Shown here: positions 1 to 11,905 of the stretch, one piece after another
Position numbering within the stretch: the stretch's first letter is position 1
How the letters are laid out: the number at the start of each line of letters is the position of its first letter
NCBI GenBank assembly: GCA_022813865.1
Contig: JALDZX010000001.1
Span: 310,001 to 374,000 of the forward strand
Length of the DNA: 64,000 nt
Direction of reading: 5' to 3'
Source of the DNA: Xylographa opegraphella
Lineage: Eukaryota
Position numbers and translations under genes: made by a program
The notes under the pieces: generated by a model
Databases searched by the model: none
What the model was told of the DNA's origin: nothing
Seen by the model: only the letters and a program-made list of their open reading frames with translations

Positions 1-560
1 ATGCCTTGATTCTGTGGCCGATATTGTGTAATTGTGGCAAGTGCTGCACACAGGCATGCCGGTTTTCTGATATTTTACATTAATTATCATTGAGTTGTGC
101 TTGTTTTGGTTAACAGCCATAGATACTATAATCACAAGCCCTGTTCTCGAGCTCAAAGTCTCTTGAGGTGCTGGTGTACACACCGAGTCTTGATAAGGTA
201 GGCGCTGCTTATGCAGACTGAGATAATCGTGTATGTATGCGTATAGATCACCCATTCATGGGTAAACCATAGTATACTCCAAGCTATGAGAAGCTCTACG
301 ATCGACTGATATGTAGATTTTCCCCGGGTATACCTTTATAAGTCAGTTCTCATATTACTCTCGGACCTGGGTCTGTTACCATTATACCAGGCCTTCAATT
401 GGAGGCTTGAATCCATGTGAAATTTAGCCGATTGAGAGCTATCTGAAGTCCGCGGCCGAGTGAGTCTTCTGACCCTAGCATTCTTCTTCGCTTCTAAGCT
501 TTTGATGCTTTGCTATTTCTGATACCCATATCCGCTCTGCCGACTTGCCGACTTCTCCAG

Positions 561-716
561 TTCTCGTGCCTGTTCTTCACTTCTCGTGCCTGTTCTTCAC
601 TTCTCGTGCCTGTTCTTCACTTCTCATGCGTTTCTCACTGTCTTCACAGTGTACCACCTTCTTCACAGTGTAACACCTTCTTCACAGTGTACCACCTTCT
701 TCACAGTGCACCACCC
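561..716. repeat. Two adjacent minisatellites: 20-bp unit x3, then 19-bp unit x4
   Basis: TTCTCGTGCCTGTTCTTCAC occurs exactly three times (561-620). TCTTCACAGTGTACCACCT then occurs four times with 0-2 mismatches (641-716). Confidence 0.9.
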
Positions 717-1127
717 TCTTCGCGCCGGTTTCCTCAACCTTCACAGAATATCATGAATTTCTTCGCGGTGGCCATACAGTCCCGGCAGCCTTCCCCTGCC
801 TATATATACCCCAACAATGTCCAAAGATGTTCAACTTCCCAGACAACCACCAATATTTGTCTCCCAGACCATCAAGTACCAAAACTACCACCCACACAAG
901 AGCTTTATCAACATTTGTCGAGCACGTATCATCCAGCCACATTTGGATAGACTGCCTTGAGAGTACTCGGAGCCCCAACATAAATCTCTCTCCAACTTGC
1001 GAAGGACACATTGTCTAACATCTTTACCCTCTCTTCTCGCTGGACCTTTCACCGGGTACTTCGCCAGTTTTAAAAGTCTCCGTCGCCAGAACTCAAGCTC
1101 TCCCGCTTTTGATTTCGAAGCGCGAAG

Positions 1128-1712
1128 ATGTGCATACAGCATGTCGATGTCATCAAGTGCAGGAGAGAGGAGTCCGAGAAGAAAGCGAAATTGTTGCACG
1201 TTAATTTCACGAAATTTGCGAAATGCAATGCTGCAGCTCCTCACAACGCGCTTCCTTGCGAAGGAGATACTGTCACATTCGAAGTGGATGAAACGATCAA
1301 GGCTGTACAGAAGACCGATATTGAGCAGAACAAGTGTCCAGTCTGCCACAAGCTGCCCCGTGCAAATGCGACACCTGTTACAGGACATACAATCGGTGAT
1401 ATATGGGTACATTACCTGTTCCAGCACCAGCGAAAGTGTTATGCTATATATCGAGATGTGGAAGAGAAGATCGGGAGAACAATGATCGATGGAATGAAAG
1501 TACACACACGCCCAGAAGGCTGGTTCTCATTCTTCGTAGATGTCAGCCCAAACAAGATTTATAAAGTCAACCCTGATTTCAAAATTGAGTATGTCTTGGT
1601 TGAGGTGGGGCAAAAAAGGCACAAGTATGAGTTCAAGGAAATTGCGAATATCAAGTTTTTAAGATTTGGAAAACCGGGTGAGGAGTTGGTGGATAAGGCA
1701 GGTAAGAAGTAG
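1128..1712 (+). CDS. Hypothetical protein with a possible C2H2-like zinc motif; 5' exon structure unresolved
   Basis: 194-aa ORF with protein-like composition and CPVC-x21-H-x4-H (CPVCHK...WVHYLFQH). TATA-like TATATATA near 800. No family recognised. Confidence 0.35.
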   Translation: MCIQHVDVIKCRREESEKKAKLLHVNFTKFAKCNAAAPHNALPCEGDTVTFEVDETIKAVQKTDIEQNKCPVCHKLPRANATPVTGHTIGDIWVHYLFQHQRKCYAIYRDVEEKIGRTMIDGMKVHTRPEGWFSFFVDVSPNKIYKVNPDFKIEYVLVEVGQKRHKYEFKEIANIKFLRFGKPGEELVDKAGKK

Positions 1713-3332
1713 CCCGCAAAAGGATCAGCAAGGGTGTTGGCTTGATAAAGAGGTATTCGACTCGATGATGGGTATGGTCGTTGATCTTTATCCAGTATTA
1801 CGATTTCACTGGTTTAGCATGCTTTTCTTGCCCAGGAAGGATGCTGATGATACCTTCACGACCGGGTTTCTTTCCATCATTGTGTATGAGTGTTTGTAGT
1901 TTGTACTGGCGTGCGAGTCTGGCTTGCTTTGAACTTTTGTGAATTCTGCATGCGGTATGATTAGCACTATCTTCAGCATGAATTCAAATACATCACCAAC
2001 TCTTTTATAATCAACTGCTTGACATCCCGTGCTGGCTTGTGGTGACATATAGCACGCTCCATGTCCAGTGCATGGCCACCAAGGCTTCTTGCCTGAAGCC
2101 ATCATGACATTGCTCGCGCTCAAAAATCATGGGTGTATGCCGATACTGTCTTAGAAATCCTCCATTAACTGAGCACCTACAATGTTCTTGTATGTAAACT
2201 ATTGCCAACAGTCCGGCTGCAAGATCAAACGCTATACACTCGAAAAGAGAGCCTGAGGTCTGTGATTCCCTGCATTCAGGAAAACGAAAGTTCAGCCATC
2301 ATAAACCAACAAGCACGAGCAAGCACGCATTGTGTGCATAGTCAAACACATGATAGCTCATTTACACATAAATGTGCAGAACACAAAGGCAAAAGATCAG
2401 GGACCATGCCACTGTGACACTGTCAATCTGGACCCATTACAAATAATTAGCACCATTCAGCGATTGTCGAACGGTCGAAGCAGTGTGACACAAGAATTTG
2501 GAAGAGGAAAACACCCATGCCTGAATTAAAAATGGAATGTTGTTCCCTCTATTGTAGTATAGATATTGAGACTTAGGAGCTATAGACGAACCTATAGGCC
2601 ATGGCCAAGGTAAGAGACCTTATGCGTGTGGGCAAGCAAGACTGGGATGAGCCAGAAAATTAGGGGAATATCTTACCAGTGCAAATACAGAACGAAGAGG
2701 CCATCTCAACAACAAGCTAAGCATCTATAAACTCTGGATACTAAGAATACAAGAAGCTGGCAGCTTATGAATAGAGCTGAGATCAATCTGTTTGCATCAA
2801 TTATTAGAATAATTCCAAGTGAAAATGGACTTGCTTCGAATATTGTTCAGTGTGTATTTCCTCTTCCGGGACACCAACCTACACAAGCATACAAGTGTGC
2901 ATGGCACGTTCACTTGTGTATCTCACGTAGTTCCTCGAGTCGCCACCAGCTCACCCCAAGCTCGTATGATTTTATTCGAGCTCGACATGCTTCCCCTACC
3001 ATGCAGGGTACAAACACAGAGACTTCGAGTCTCCCTGTGTTCACAACGTTGGTACACGAAAGTCCATCCATGTTCAATCATACACATACAACTCCAAGTG
3101 CCGCCCGCGGCCACTCCGTGACTGTGGTTTCTCCCTGTTTGGGGTAGAATGGATAGCTGGACCTCAGAAACTGCTCAACTCCTGCGTCACGGGCTGGATT
3201 TTAGCATGCATAGTGTCCAGGCGCTGCTTTATTCCGAGAACATTATTGGAAGCTGATATTTTTGCTCGGTTTCAAGTCCGAGGATAACGGAAACCTTCGT
3301 CAAGACCTTTCAGCGATGACTCAAGGCTTCGT

Positions 3333-5579
3333 TCACTTGACCTTGCTCATTATCGTCTCTGCTCGCCGCTCTACGTAAAGCTCAGCAGCCTTGGCTTTTA
3401 CGCTGCTCAGCATGCCTCGGTCGTAGTCGTCCCTGGAGCGGAGGACACTTTCCACCCAGCTAAGTTGCAAATCCCAGTAATCTTTCTTGAATGCCTCATA
3501 AACCTTTGGAACGGCACTCTTATCGGCTTCAACTAGACGCACAAAATAGTCAACAGCTTTCCATTTCTGCTTGATGAGATCAAAGTCTGGAAATCTCTTG
3601 AAGAACTCAAACGCGGTTATTACGTCGTCTTTGAACTTATCTGTAAATGGCTCTGACCGGCGAAATTTCGCTCCCTTATTTCGAACGGAAAGTAAGTAGC
3701 GTATCAGAAGGGCATCTGAAAGTTCTTCGATAAAGATATCAAGCATGCTCTGGTGCAGGACCTCTGAATAGTCGCTAATATAGTCATCGAACGTAGAAGT
3801 GATCCGCTTCATCCCGAATTCAGTATACCATTTGGAGGTGAAGAACTCGGTGATGGTAGACCGGAAATCGACCGCAAATATCAAGGATACAAAGGTTGAG
3901 ATGCAGTGAGTACCAAGATCGACATAGCCATCACGGATCGAGTCGAGCTCGACGTTCGCATGTATTATGTATTTGGCGGTGACTAAGGGTTCGAAGTCAC
4001 GTTTGAATCGAGTAAGATATCCAAACTGGCCAGCCTCCTCATTGTCATCAATACACGAAATTTGATCATTGGCGATTGCCACAAGCCAATCCTGTAGAAC
4101 TTGAAGACCCTCTAGCTCGCTGGACGAGCTCTTGTATTTCGTAGCCTCATCATCTATAAGTTTTTGCCAATAGTTCTGTCGTCTTTTCAAGGCACGGAAC
4201 ATTTCGTCAAGGACTCCCTCGGTGACATCTGCACGTTCCGAATTGCCAGCGACCAAGGTCTGTTCTCGCAGCATTCGCCACATGTCTGGCATAGTCTTGG
4301 TTCGGAAATAGCCACTTGGGTCGTTGTCAAGCGAATCTGGTTGGCGCTCTACGAATGCCTTCTTGTCCGTTGTGAACATCCGGCCCATCCACTCGTCCAC
4401 GGAGTCGATGATTAATTGTCTCCAATCGCGGACAAGCTCCGTCTCTCGGTCGTCCAGCAGTTGCGGCTGCAGATCTGCGGGACTCCACCCGAACTTTGCC
4501 ATCTTGGAGTAATACTTTTCACTCCAATGAATTATAGCCAGTATAAGAGCAGGATTCGAGCCCTCATCGTCCACAAGCTTGATGAGCCAGTCATGCATAA
4601 GCTTGTGATATATGCTCGTGTAGGTTCTAAAGATCTTCCATTTTTTGGGCATCAACCCAACCATGCCCAGCTTGACTGTGTTCAAGTCGTTGAAGTACCA
4701 TTTCAGACTCTTTTCAAGCTTGTCAGAATCCTCCAAGACCATCTGCTCTGACGCATCAAACTGTGCCTGGGCATAGTATTCAATGGCCTTGAGGAACTTT
4801 TCCTTGTAACCCCGAAGTTGTTTGGGTCCTGCTTTGATGGATTTGAATCGCGAGGCCAACTCTTTGTATTCTTTCTGTGCATCTTGCATTGCTCTGACTT
4901 TCATGTCACTTTTCTCCTCTTCCTCTACAATCAGTGCTAATCGAACAACCATGCTCTTATTATCGGATTGCACTAAAGGAATCAAATTGATGCATGCCGT
5001 GCCGACGTGTTCATCAAATATGCTTACTACGTCGTCAAGTCTTACAAAGTAATCTTGTAACGTAGCTTCGAGGGATGCATCTGAGGCCTTCTTTATTTGA
5101 TCCATGGCATCGTCCCGGATGTCTCTCAGTTGTGTCAGGCCATGATGCACATTCAGCAAGTTTGGCTGATTTGCAAGGTCTTGCTCATCATCTTGTAGTA
5201 GTCGTTCGAGATCCTTCAATCGCTCATTGAAAGTATCAATGTTTGATTTCATAGCCTCAACCTGTACAAAATTCCGGTGAATCTGCGAAACAATGTTGAT
5301 ATTTGGAAAGTCCCGTATCATGTTTTGAGATTCAGCGCAAAGCTTGTCAATTTTCATCATTTCGTCCTTGATCTGATTGACCATACGTTGGCTTTCATTA
5401 ATTGAACCCATTCCGGATTGCGTAACTTCTAATTGGTCTTTCAGTCCGGTTTTCAGCTGACTGTCAACAGCAGCTTTCTTGCGCGTGAACTCCGCCTTCA
5501 AGGCTGGAATCTTGTCAAGATCTTCTGGGTGTCGCAGAAGCTCGGCGAGCTTGATGGTGAAATTATCGATATCGGCCAT
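3333..5579 (-). CDS. SEC6: Exocyst complex component Sec6
   Basis: Intronless 748-aa ORF. The N-terminus (LAELLRHPEDLDKIPALKAEFTRKKAAVDSQL) and C-terminus (ETIMSKVK) are typical of Pezizomycotina Sec6. Confidence 0.95.
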   Translation of the reverse strand: MADIDNFTIKLAELLRHPEDLDKIPALKAEFTRKKAAVDSQLKTGLKDQLEVTQSGMGSINESQRMVNQIKDEMMKIDKLCAESQNMIRDFPNINIVSQIHRNFVQVEAMKSNIDTFNERLKDLERLLQDDEQDLANQPNLLNVHHGLTQLRDIRDDAMDQIKKASDASLEATLQDYFVRLDDVVSIFDEHVGTACINLIPLVQSDNKSMVVRLALIVEEEEKSDMKVRAMQDAQKEYKELASRFKSIKAGPKQLRGYKEKFLKAIEYYAQAQFDASEQMVLEDSDKLEKSLKWYFNDLNTVKLGMVGLMPKKWKIFRTYTSIYHKLMHDWLIKLVDDEGSNPALILAIIHWSEKYYSKMAKFGWSPADLQPQLLDDRETELVRDWRQLIIDSVDEWMGRMFTTDKKAFVERQPDSLDNDPSGYFRTKTMPDMWRMLREQTLVAGNSERADVTEGVLDEMFRALKRRQNYWQKLIDDEATKYKSSSSELEGLQVLQDWLVAIANDQISCIDDNEEAGQFGYLTRFKRDFEPLVTAKYIIHANVELDSIRDGYVDLGTHCISTFVSLIFAVDFRSTITEFFTSKWYTEFGMKRITSTFDDYISDYSEVLHQSMLDIFIEELSDALLIRYLLSVRNKGAKFRRSEPFTDKFKDDVITAFEFFKRFPDFDLIKQKWKAVDYFVRLVEADKSAVPKVYEAFKKDYWDLQLSWVESVLRSRDDYDRGMLSSVKAKAAELYVERRAETIMSKVK

Positions 5580-5930
5580 GATACAAGAGTTCTGCCGAGT
5601 ATCACTGCATTATCATCGTAGCAGATCCACCCAGCTTTCGTTGAGTGATAGGCCCTGGCAGAGTAGCTTTGCTGGCGATAATATCTGGCTGCTATAAGCT
5701 TGCGCACAGACCAACAAACAGCGGAAGTCCAACGACTTTTCGCTAACTACCTAGTTAGAGTCTACCAACATCCCTTCCCAAGTACTTCTATGGGTATGTT
5801 GACTACAGAGTGGCTCAAGCCCATCTGAAAGCCCTGCGGACTGGTTGGTCTTATTTTTCGATCATCTCTTCTGCAACTAACGGCCAACAGTTCCACCTCA
5901 CCTACAGCTTCAAGTACCGCTTGTCCTGAA

Positions 5931-6191
5931 ATGACATTCTTCAAGATAACCCTCATTCGGTCGTCTATTGGCCTACCAAGGAGGACACAAGGTGTTCTAG
6001 CAGCGTTGGGGCTGCGCAAACGTATGAAGACCGTTTTTCATCCCGTCAATCCCGGCACGGCTGGTCAGATTATGAAAGTCAAGGAGCTTGTCGCTGTTTC
6101 TGAGGTGGAGAAGGCTTTAACACAAGCAGAGATGAAAGATATAAGGAGGCCTGACCCAGGATACTATGTTGAAAGTTCCTTGTCCAGGTGA
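5931..6191 (+). CDS. MRPL33: Mitochondrial ribosomal protein uL30m (L33)
   Basis: 86 aa, [13 protein letters not shown]...[15 protein letters not shown]...[12 protein letters not shown] matches the L30 family. Divergent from SEC6. Confidence 0.93.
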   Translation: MTFFKITLIRSSIGLPRRTQGVLAALGLRKRMKTVFHPVNPGTAGQIMKVKELVAVSEVEKALTQAEMKDIRRPDPGYYVESSLSR

Positions 6192-6881
6192 TCAGAGATT
6201 CAGAAGCTATTCAAGAGCAAGGAGTCATCTTCGACCTTTTACAGATGGTCGGAAGTACATGTTGTCTTTCGCGTACTCGCAGCTTCTCAAGAAGATTGTG
6301 TAGCTCGTCGAGCTCTAAATTGCGAACGAGTGTAGAGCGGTTTCGCTGGATGAAATGCAAGACATTACGGCAAACCTAGCGTTGAACCGGAAAATATATT
6401 TGGGAAAGGGATTTTGGAACTTTGGGATCGTACGCCAAAGTTATCATACAGCAAAACTTAATGCTCTCACAATTACATCTACTTGGGAGCCCTATCCGGA
6501 ATATGCCAAAGCATAGCCAGGCTCATCAAAGGACGGGGATCTCAGCAATCAAATCGTGGTGTCTTGCGCTCACTACAGTGTAGCGCCTGTAGTCTTGCTT
6601 CAAAAGCATTTGAATTCAATGGATGTTGTCAACATGTATAGAATCGATATGCTTAGCCTGATTGTGCCGTAGTTCTACCTTACTCTATCAACTTCAAACA
6701 AACTCCGAACTCCGCCTCTAACCCCGAAGCGGGCCGGCATTCATGACGGGCATGTGAATTTTCCACAAGACCGCAGGCAATCGTCTGACAGTCTGCCCCG
6801 ACACTTTGTGCTCTACTCCTAGTACTTATACAAGTCCTTGTTATATTATGTCTTCCTTTCCGTAGTTTTGAGTCGCTAGAT

Positions 6882-8703
6882 ATGGGATCATCAAGGATGC
6901 CGATCAGCCTGAAGAGCAGCCTATCCTCTGGGAACACGGGCTCCAGAGGAAACTACCTAGCGCTGCTGAATATCGACCTGTACAGTATACCCTCAAACCC
7001 CAAACTCATTCGACCTTTCTCAAAGACGCGCTAACAAGCCTCAGGCTCCGAAACCTCGTCTTCTTCTTCTTCCTGCTCCGATGGACGCGGAAAGCGGCCC
7101 TGAAGCTGAAAGGCCGTGGTATCTTCGGAACCAGCTTCGACGTCTACACCACTGTCCGCCGTGTTCTCTATGGCCTCTTCCTTAGAGCTCCGGGCGTTAG
7201 GTCACAGGTGCAGAAGCAGGTCGCGGATGCAATCGCCAAGCTGGAGGGGAAGCTCGTACCGAAGGGTCCAGGCATAAGTCACTACCTGACGTTGCCGAAG
7301 GAGGGATGGACAGACCAGCAGGTCAGAGCGGAGCTTGATAAGCTGAGCGAGATGGAGCATACACGGTGGGAGGACGGTTTGGTCAGCGGGGCGGTCTACC
7401 ATGGAGGCAGTGACCTGATCAAGCTCCAAGCGGAAGCCTTCGAGAAGTTCGGCGTCGCGAACCCCATACATCCTGATGTGTTCCCGGGTGTCAGGAAGAT
7501 GGAGGCGGAGATAGTGGCTATGGTCTTGGCGATGTTCAACGCCCCTCCCGGGGCAGCCGGCGTGACTACAAGTGGGGGCACCGAGTCCATTCTGATGGCC
7601 TGTCTCAGCGCAAGGCAGAAGGCCTACGTCGAGCGAGGCGTCACAGAACCCGAGATGTAAGTTCCTCCGTTCCCCTCTCCGCCCCGCAAACCGCTAAGCG
7701 TTCCGCCAGGATCCTTCCGGAGACTGCTCACACGGCCTTCCGCAAAGCATGCGCCTACTTCAAGATCAAAACCCACCTCGTCGCTTGCCCAGCACCCTCC
7801 TACCGCGCGTCCATCCCCGCCATCTCCCGCCTCATCAACAGCAACACGATCCTGCTTGTCGGCTCGGCCCCCAACTTCCCCCACGGCATCACCGACGACA
7901 TCTCCGCCCTCTCGCGGCTCGCCCTCAAACGCCACCTCCCCCTGCACGTCGACTGCTGCCTCGGTTCCTTCCTCGTCCCCTTCCTCGCCCGCGCCGGCTT
8001 CGAGAGCACGCCCTTCGACTTCGCCCTTAAGGGCGTGACCAGCATATCCTGCGACACGCACAAGTACGGCTTCGCGCCGAAGGGCAACAGCACCGTGCTC
8101 TACCGCCACGCGCAGCTGCGCACCTACCAGTACTTCATCTCGCCCGACTGGTCCGGCGGCGTGTACGCCTCGCCCGGCATCGCCGGCTCGCGGCCGGGCG
8201 CCCTCATCGCCGGCTGCTGGGCGAGCCTGATGGCACAGGGCGAGAGCGGCTACGTCTCGGCGTGCCACCAGATCGTCGGCGCCGCGAAGCGCCTCGAAGC
8301 CGCCCTGCGCGAGCACCCCGTGCTGAGCGCCGACCTCGCCGTCGTCGGCAAGCCGCTCGTCAGCGTCGTGGCCTTCACGTCGCGCGCGCTCAACGTCTAC
8401 GACATGGCGGACGCCATGTCCGCGCGCGGCTGGCATCTCAACGCGCTGCAGGACCCGCCCGCCATCCACGTCGCCGTCACGCTGCCCATCGTGCGCGTCC
8501 TCGACCGCCTCGTCGCCGACCTCGTCGCTGTCGTGGAGGCCGAGCGCGAGAAGGAGCACGTCCGCGTCGCGGAGGGGAAGGCTAAGAAGGGGAGCGCGGC
8601 CGGCGATGCGGCTGCGCTGTACGGCGTCGCGGGCAGCTTGCCGGATAAGAGCATCGTCGTGCAGCTGGCGAGCGGGTTCTTGGATACGTTGTACAAGGCG
8701 TGA
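6882..8703 (+). CDS. DPL1: Sphinganine-1-phosphate lyase (PLP-dependent); introns at about 6980-7044 and 7657-7709
   Basis: Motifs VSGAVYHGG, NPIHPDVFPGVRKMEAE, TSGGTESILMA and the PLP-lysine motif SISCDTHKYGFAPKG. GT..CTAA..AG introns join the ORF segments. Confidence 0.95.
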
Positions 8704-9101
8704 GAGGGGACGGGTGCGGGATGCGAGCTGGAGCGCAATCGAGGTGTGGGAGTAAGCCGCTGTTACGGAAACGGGCCAGTTCCCGCACGCACGGGACGGA
8801 GCATTAGCGAGCAAGGACCGGGAAATTGCATGTGCGTTTTTTTCAGCGAAACGTAGATAAGTCTTTAGCGAACATGATATCTACCGCCCCCAGAGTCTAA
8901 GGTAGTTGTGGGAACTGTACTACAGGCCTGCTGCTCAGCCAAGCCAGGACCGCCACGCCCGCACTCGAAACTATATACCAAACTTTTTCTCCTCCGCCGA
9001 CGAGGCCCACCGTATTCTGCAAGTGATGGAAAATAATCAGCGTGAGATTTTGCCTCCGTATGCCTGTACACGCGCAAAAGGGCTTGGAATATTCAATTCA
9101 T

Positions 9102-10793
9102 TCAAGCAGCAATGCCATTCGTCCGTACTTTCTTCACGGCGCCATCGTCGTTTGCCTCTTCTTCGAGTGCTCTCTTTTCCGGGATGCCAGCAATCTCCTT
9201 CTCCTTAGCCGCGAATTTCGCTTGCTCTTTCTCGGTGAGCCCTTTCAGTAGAGGCGCGTTCTGGCCGAGTTTGATGTTGCGGTAGAACGCACGGATGATA
9301 CTATCTGCATCGTCCACGGCTATTGGCCGCACATCCGCGAGAGCCTTGATCTTGGTAGTGCACTCCTTGAACTGCGCGTCAGTCATCTCGATGTTGAGCT
9401 GTGCCGCTCGCGATTTGATGGCATTCCAGCCGGTGAGCCGCGAAGCAAAGTGCACGTATCGGGACATGCCAAAGTCGGCTGGGTTTATGATTTCGTAGGT
9501 CGAGGGGTTGTTGAGAATGGCTTTGGCGTGGATTCCGGCCTTGTGAGTGAATGCACAGAAGCCGGTAATTGGATTGTTAAACGGGATATTGACTTCGACG
9601 GCCTGAGCGACTAGATCCTCGATGTCTTTGAGCTTTTCCAGCTTGTATTTGGAACGAACATAGTCTCGGTCTGCGGCTATCATACGTGCCATGAGTCCAC
9701 CAAGAGGGGTAATACCATTGCGCTCTCCGATTCCGAGTACCGATGTATCGATGTGAGTGGCCCCAGCTTCTAAAGCGCAGTATGCATTCGCAATCGCGCA
9801 GCCGGTATCGTCGTGGAAATGAGTCTCGATATCACAACTTACCACGCCACGCAGTGTTCGGATGAGGTCATAAACTTGACGGGGAGATGCACAACCGACT
9901 GTGTCTGCTATACCTACCCTGTTGACGCCAACCTTGTCGACTGCAGAGTAGATGGTAAGGAGGTCAACTAGATCGGACCGGAAGGAATCCTCGGTTGAGA
10001 ATCGAACTTCTATATTCTTAGATTTAACGAAATTGATAACTTCAATGGCCGTATTCTTAATGTATGTCATGTCTTTGCCGTGGGAGTGCTCGCGTAAATA
10101 TGATGAGGTACCGATAACAACGTCGCTGCCAAGAGTATTTAGACAGAGTGTGGATGTGTTGGGGGTATGGTTGCTCTTACACTCCGTCGACACCAGTTTC
10201 GACTGCTATCCTAGCATCGTCCATGTGACACCGTATATGAGTGAGTATCTAAAGAACATTAGGCACTGCGGAAGGATATGAGAGCTATAACGAACTTTAG
10301 CCTTCAATCCGAGTTTACATATTGCTTCGCAGTCTAGCCTCGATTGTTCCGAAGCGAGAGGGTTCGTTAACTCGATCTAGGTTGTCGTGTATCAGCACAA
10401 GGGATAATGAGTGGACTGAAAATAATCACATAGTCCACCCCAAAGTCATCCAGAGCTCTCGCGATCTCAATTTTCTTCTCAGTACTAAAGTATGCATTTG
10501 CGAATTGCTCGCCCTCCCGGAGCGTACTCTCGATTATCTTGAATCGAGAAACATTGCTCAGGAAATCTCCCACCGGCTGGTAGGGATTCTTGCGTATTGG
10601 ATGCGGATTTTGGTTTGAAGTTATTGCGGTAAAGCCTGGGTGTGCTAGGATAGTAAGTTAGCGAAGCACATTGAGACGAGTCCTGTGGTTGCATACATGC
10701 ATCGCCATTAGAGGCTCCATTGGAGGTCCCGTTGGTATGGCCATTTGTGTGTCCGTTGGTGCCATTGGGGATTTCTTCGTCAACTGGACACAT
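9102..10793 (-). CDS. LYS21: Homocitrate synthase (lysine biosynthesis), 4 introns
   Basis: [43 protein letters not shown] and [13 protein letters not shown]. Spliced exons reconstruct a continuous protein (LYS20/21, hcsA family). Confidence 0.96.
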
Positions 10794-10948
10794 CGTGTGA
10801 CGTAGGTTCTTCTAGGTTACAGTACCAATTGAGAGGGGAAATAGGCAATAATGATCACCAAAGTTGGAGCTTTTGAAGAAAATCGGAATTCTGAATATGG
10901 AGTCGTGTGGGGAGGAATGGTTAGAACCAGAATTGACGGTTGGATGAG

Positions 10949-10955
10949 TGAGTCA
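10949..10955. promoter_or_regulatory. Gcn4/CpcA (cross-pathway control) site TGASTCA
   Basis: Perfect TGAGTCA about 155 bp upstream of the homocitrate synthase ATG, in an amino-acid biosynthesis promoter. Confidence 0.6.
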
Positions 10956-11905
10956 GTATCCGTAGTACATTGCAGTGGGCGGAATGGTAGGGCTGTACTT
11001 TTTCTCACGCCCGCCTCCACAAAATTCTGCCCGGAGTTAGCCCCGCGCAGAGGTTTGAAGCCGATGTCGCTTCGGCAGTACCAAGCCGGATCGGCCCTTA
11101 AAATTCTCCTTGAACCACTTCGAAAATGTTTTAGCGAACTCTGGATAAACAGACTCCTTACGCGCTGCGTTGATATTGGAACACACCACTCAAGAGACCA
11201 TGGTTCTGGGGTTTTAGTAACTCCTCTTGCATGCCCACCATCTACGGCTTTCGACCACCAACCGAACTACTTCAATTCGCTCTCAGAATACTGCGCTCTT
11301 TCTAACATTTCGTGTAACTAGTTTTCTTCCACAACAATACACAGACTCTAATGTCGAACCCGTGCCCGGGGTGAGGAACCACAACCCATCCGAGTAGATA
11401 GTCTCCTTATTGTAGACTCGCGTACCAAAACGAACGTGCGTAAGCTTTTGTGGTTGCTACATCAATTACCTGTACTCCTTCGATATCACCCCTATCTATC
11501 AAGTACAACCTCTGAACAGGTGTCTACCATACGTAGAGCCCCCGGACTATACAATCCATTGACAGAGGCTTTCCCCCATAACTCAAATATCTATCGGCCT
11601 TTTCCTTTATACATTGTACCCCCAAAGCTAGGGTGGCAGAGCATGGCTCGGGCATGCGCGGCCAGTACTACCAAGTGTCATGCTTCCCTCGTCCTGGATT
11701 GATATTTCGCAAAAGTGGAAGTACTATCTCTTTGCCGTGCAAACCTGCCCTGACTGGCCGTCACCCGAGCGACAAGCTCTTGCTTGCTTGGCTATCCCGT
11801 AGAGTAGCTTGGCCTAATTAAGCTTGTGATGGATGTCGAACAGCATTTCGGCTTTGCACTCGCGGCTCTTAAGAACCGGCAGCGGTTGCTATTGTCAAGC
11901 CTGAA

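Noticed and set aside
561..716. CRISPR-like array
   Set aside because: Contiguous tandem repeats with no unique spacers, eukaryotic context and no cas genes.
7624..8814. Long antisense or alternative-frame ORFs over DPL1, and similarly over PRM1, the DUF336 gene, 35947-36546 and 57116-57967
   Set aside because: Shadow ORFs caused by extreme GC3 bias in the real genes; translations are low-complexity Arg/Ala/Gly with no motifs.
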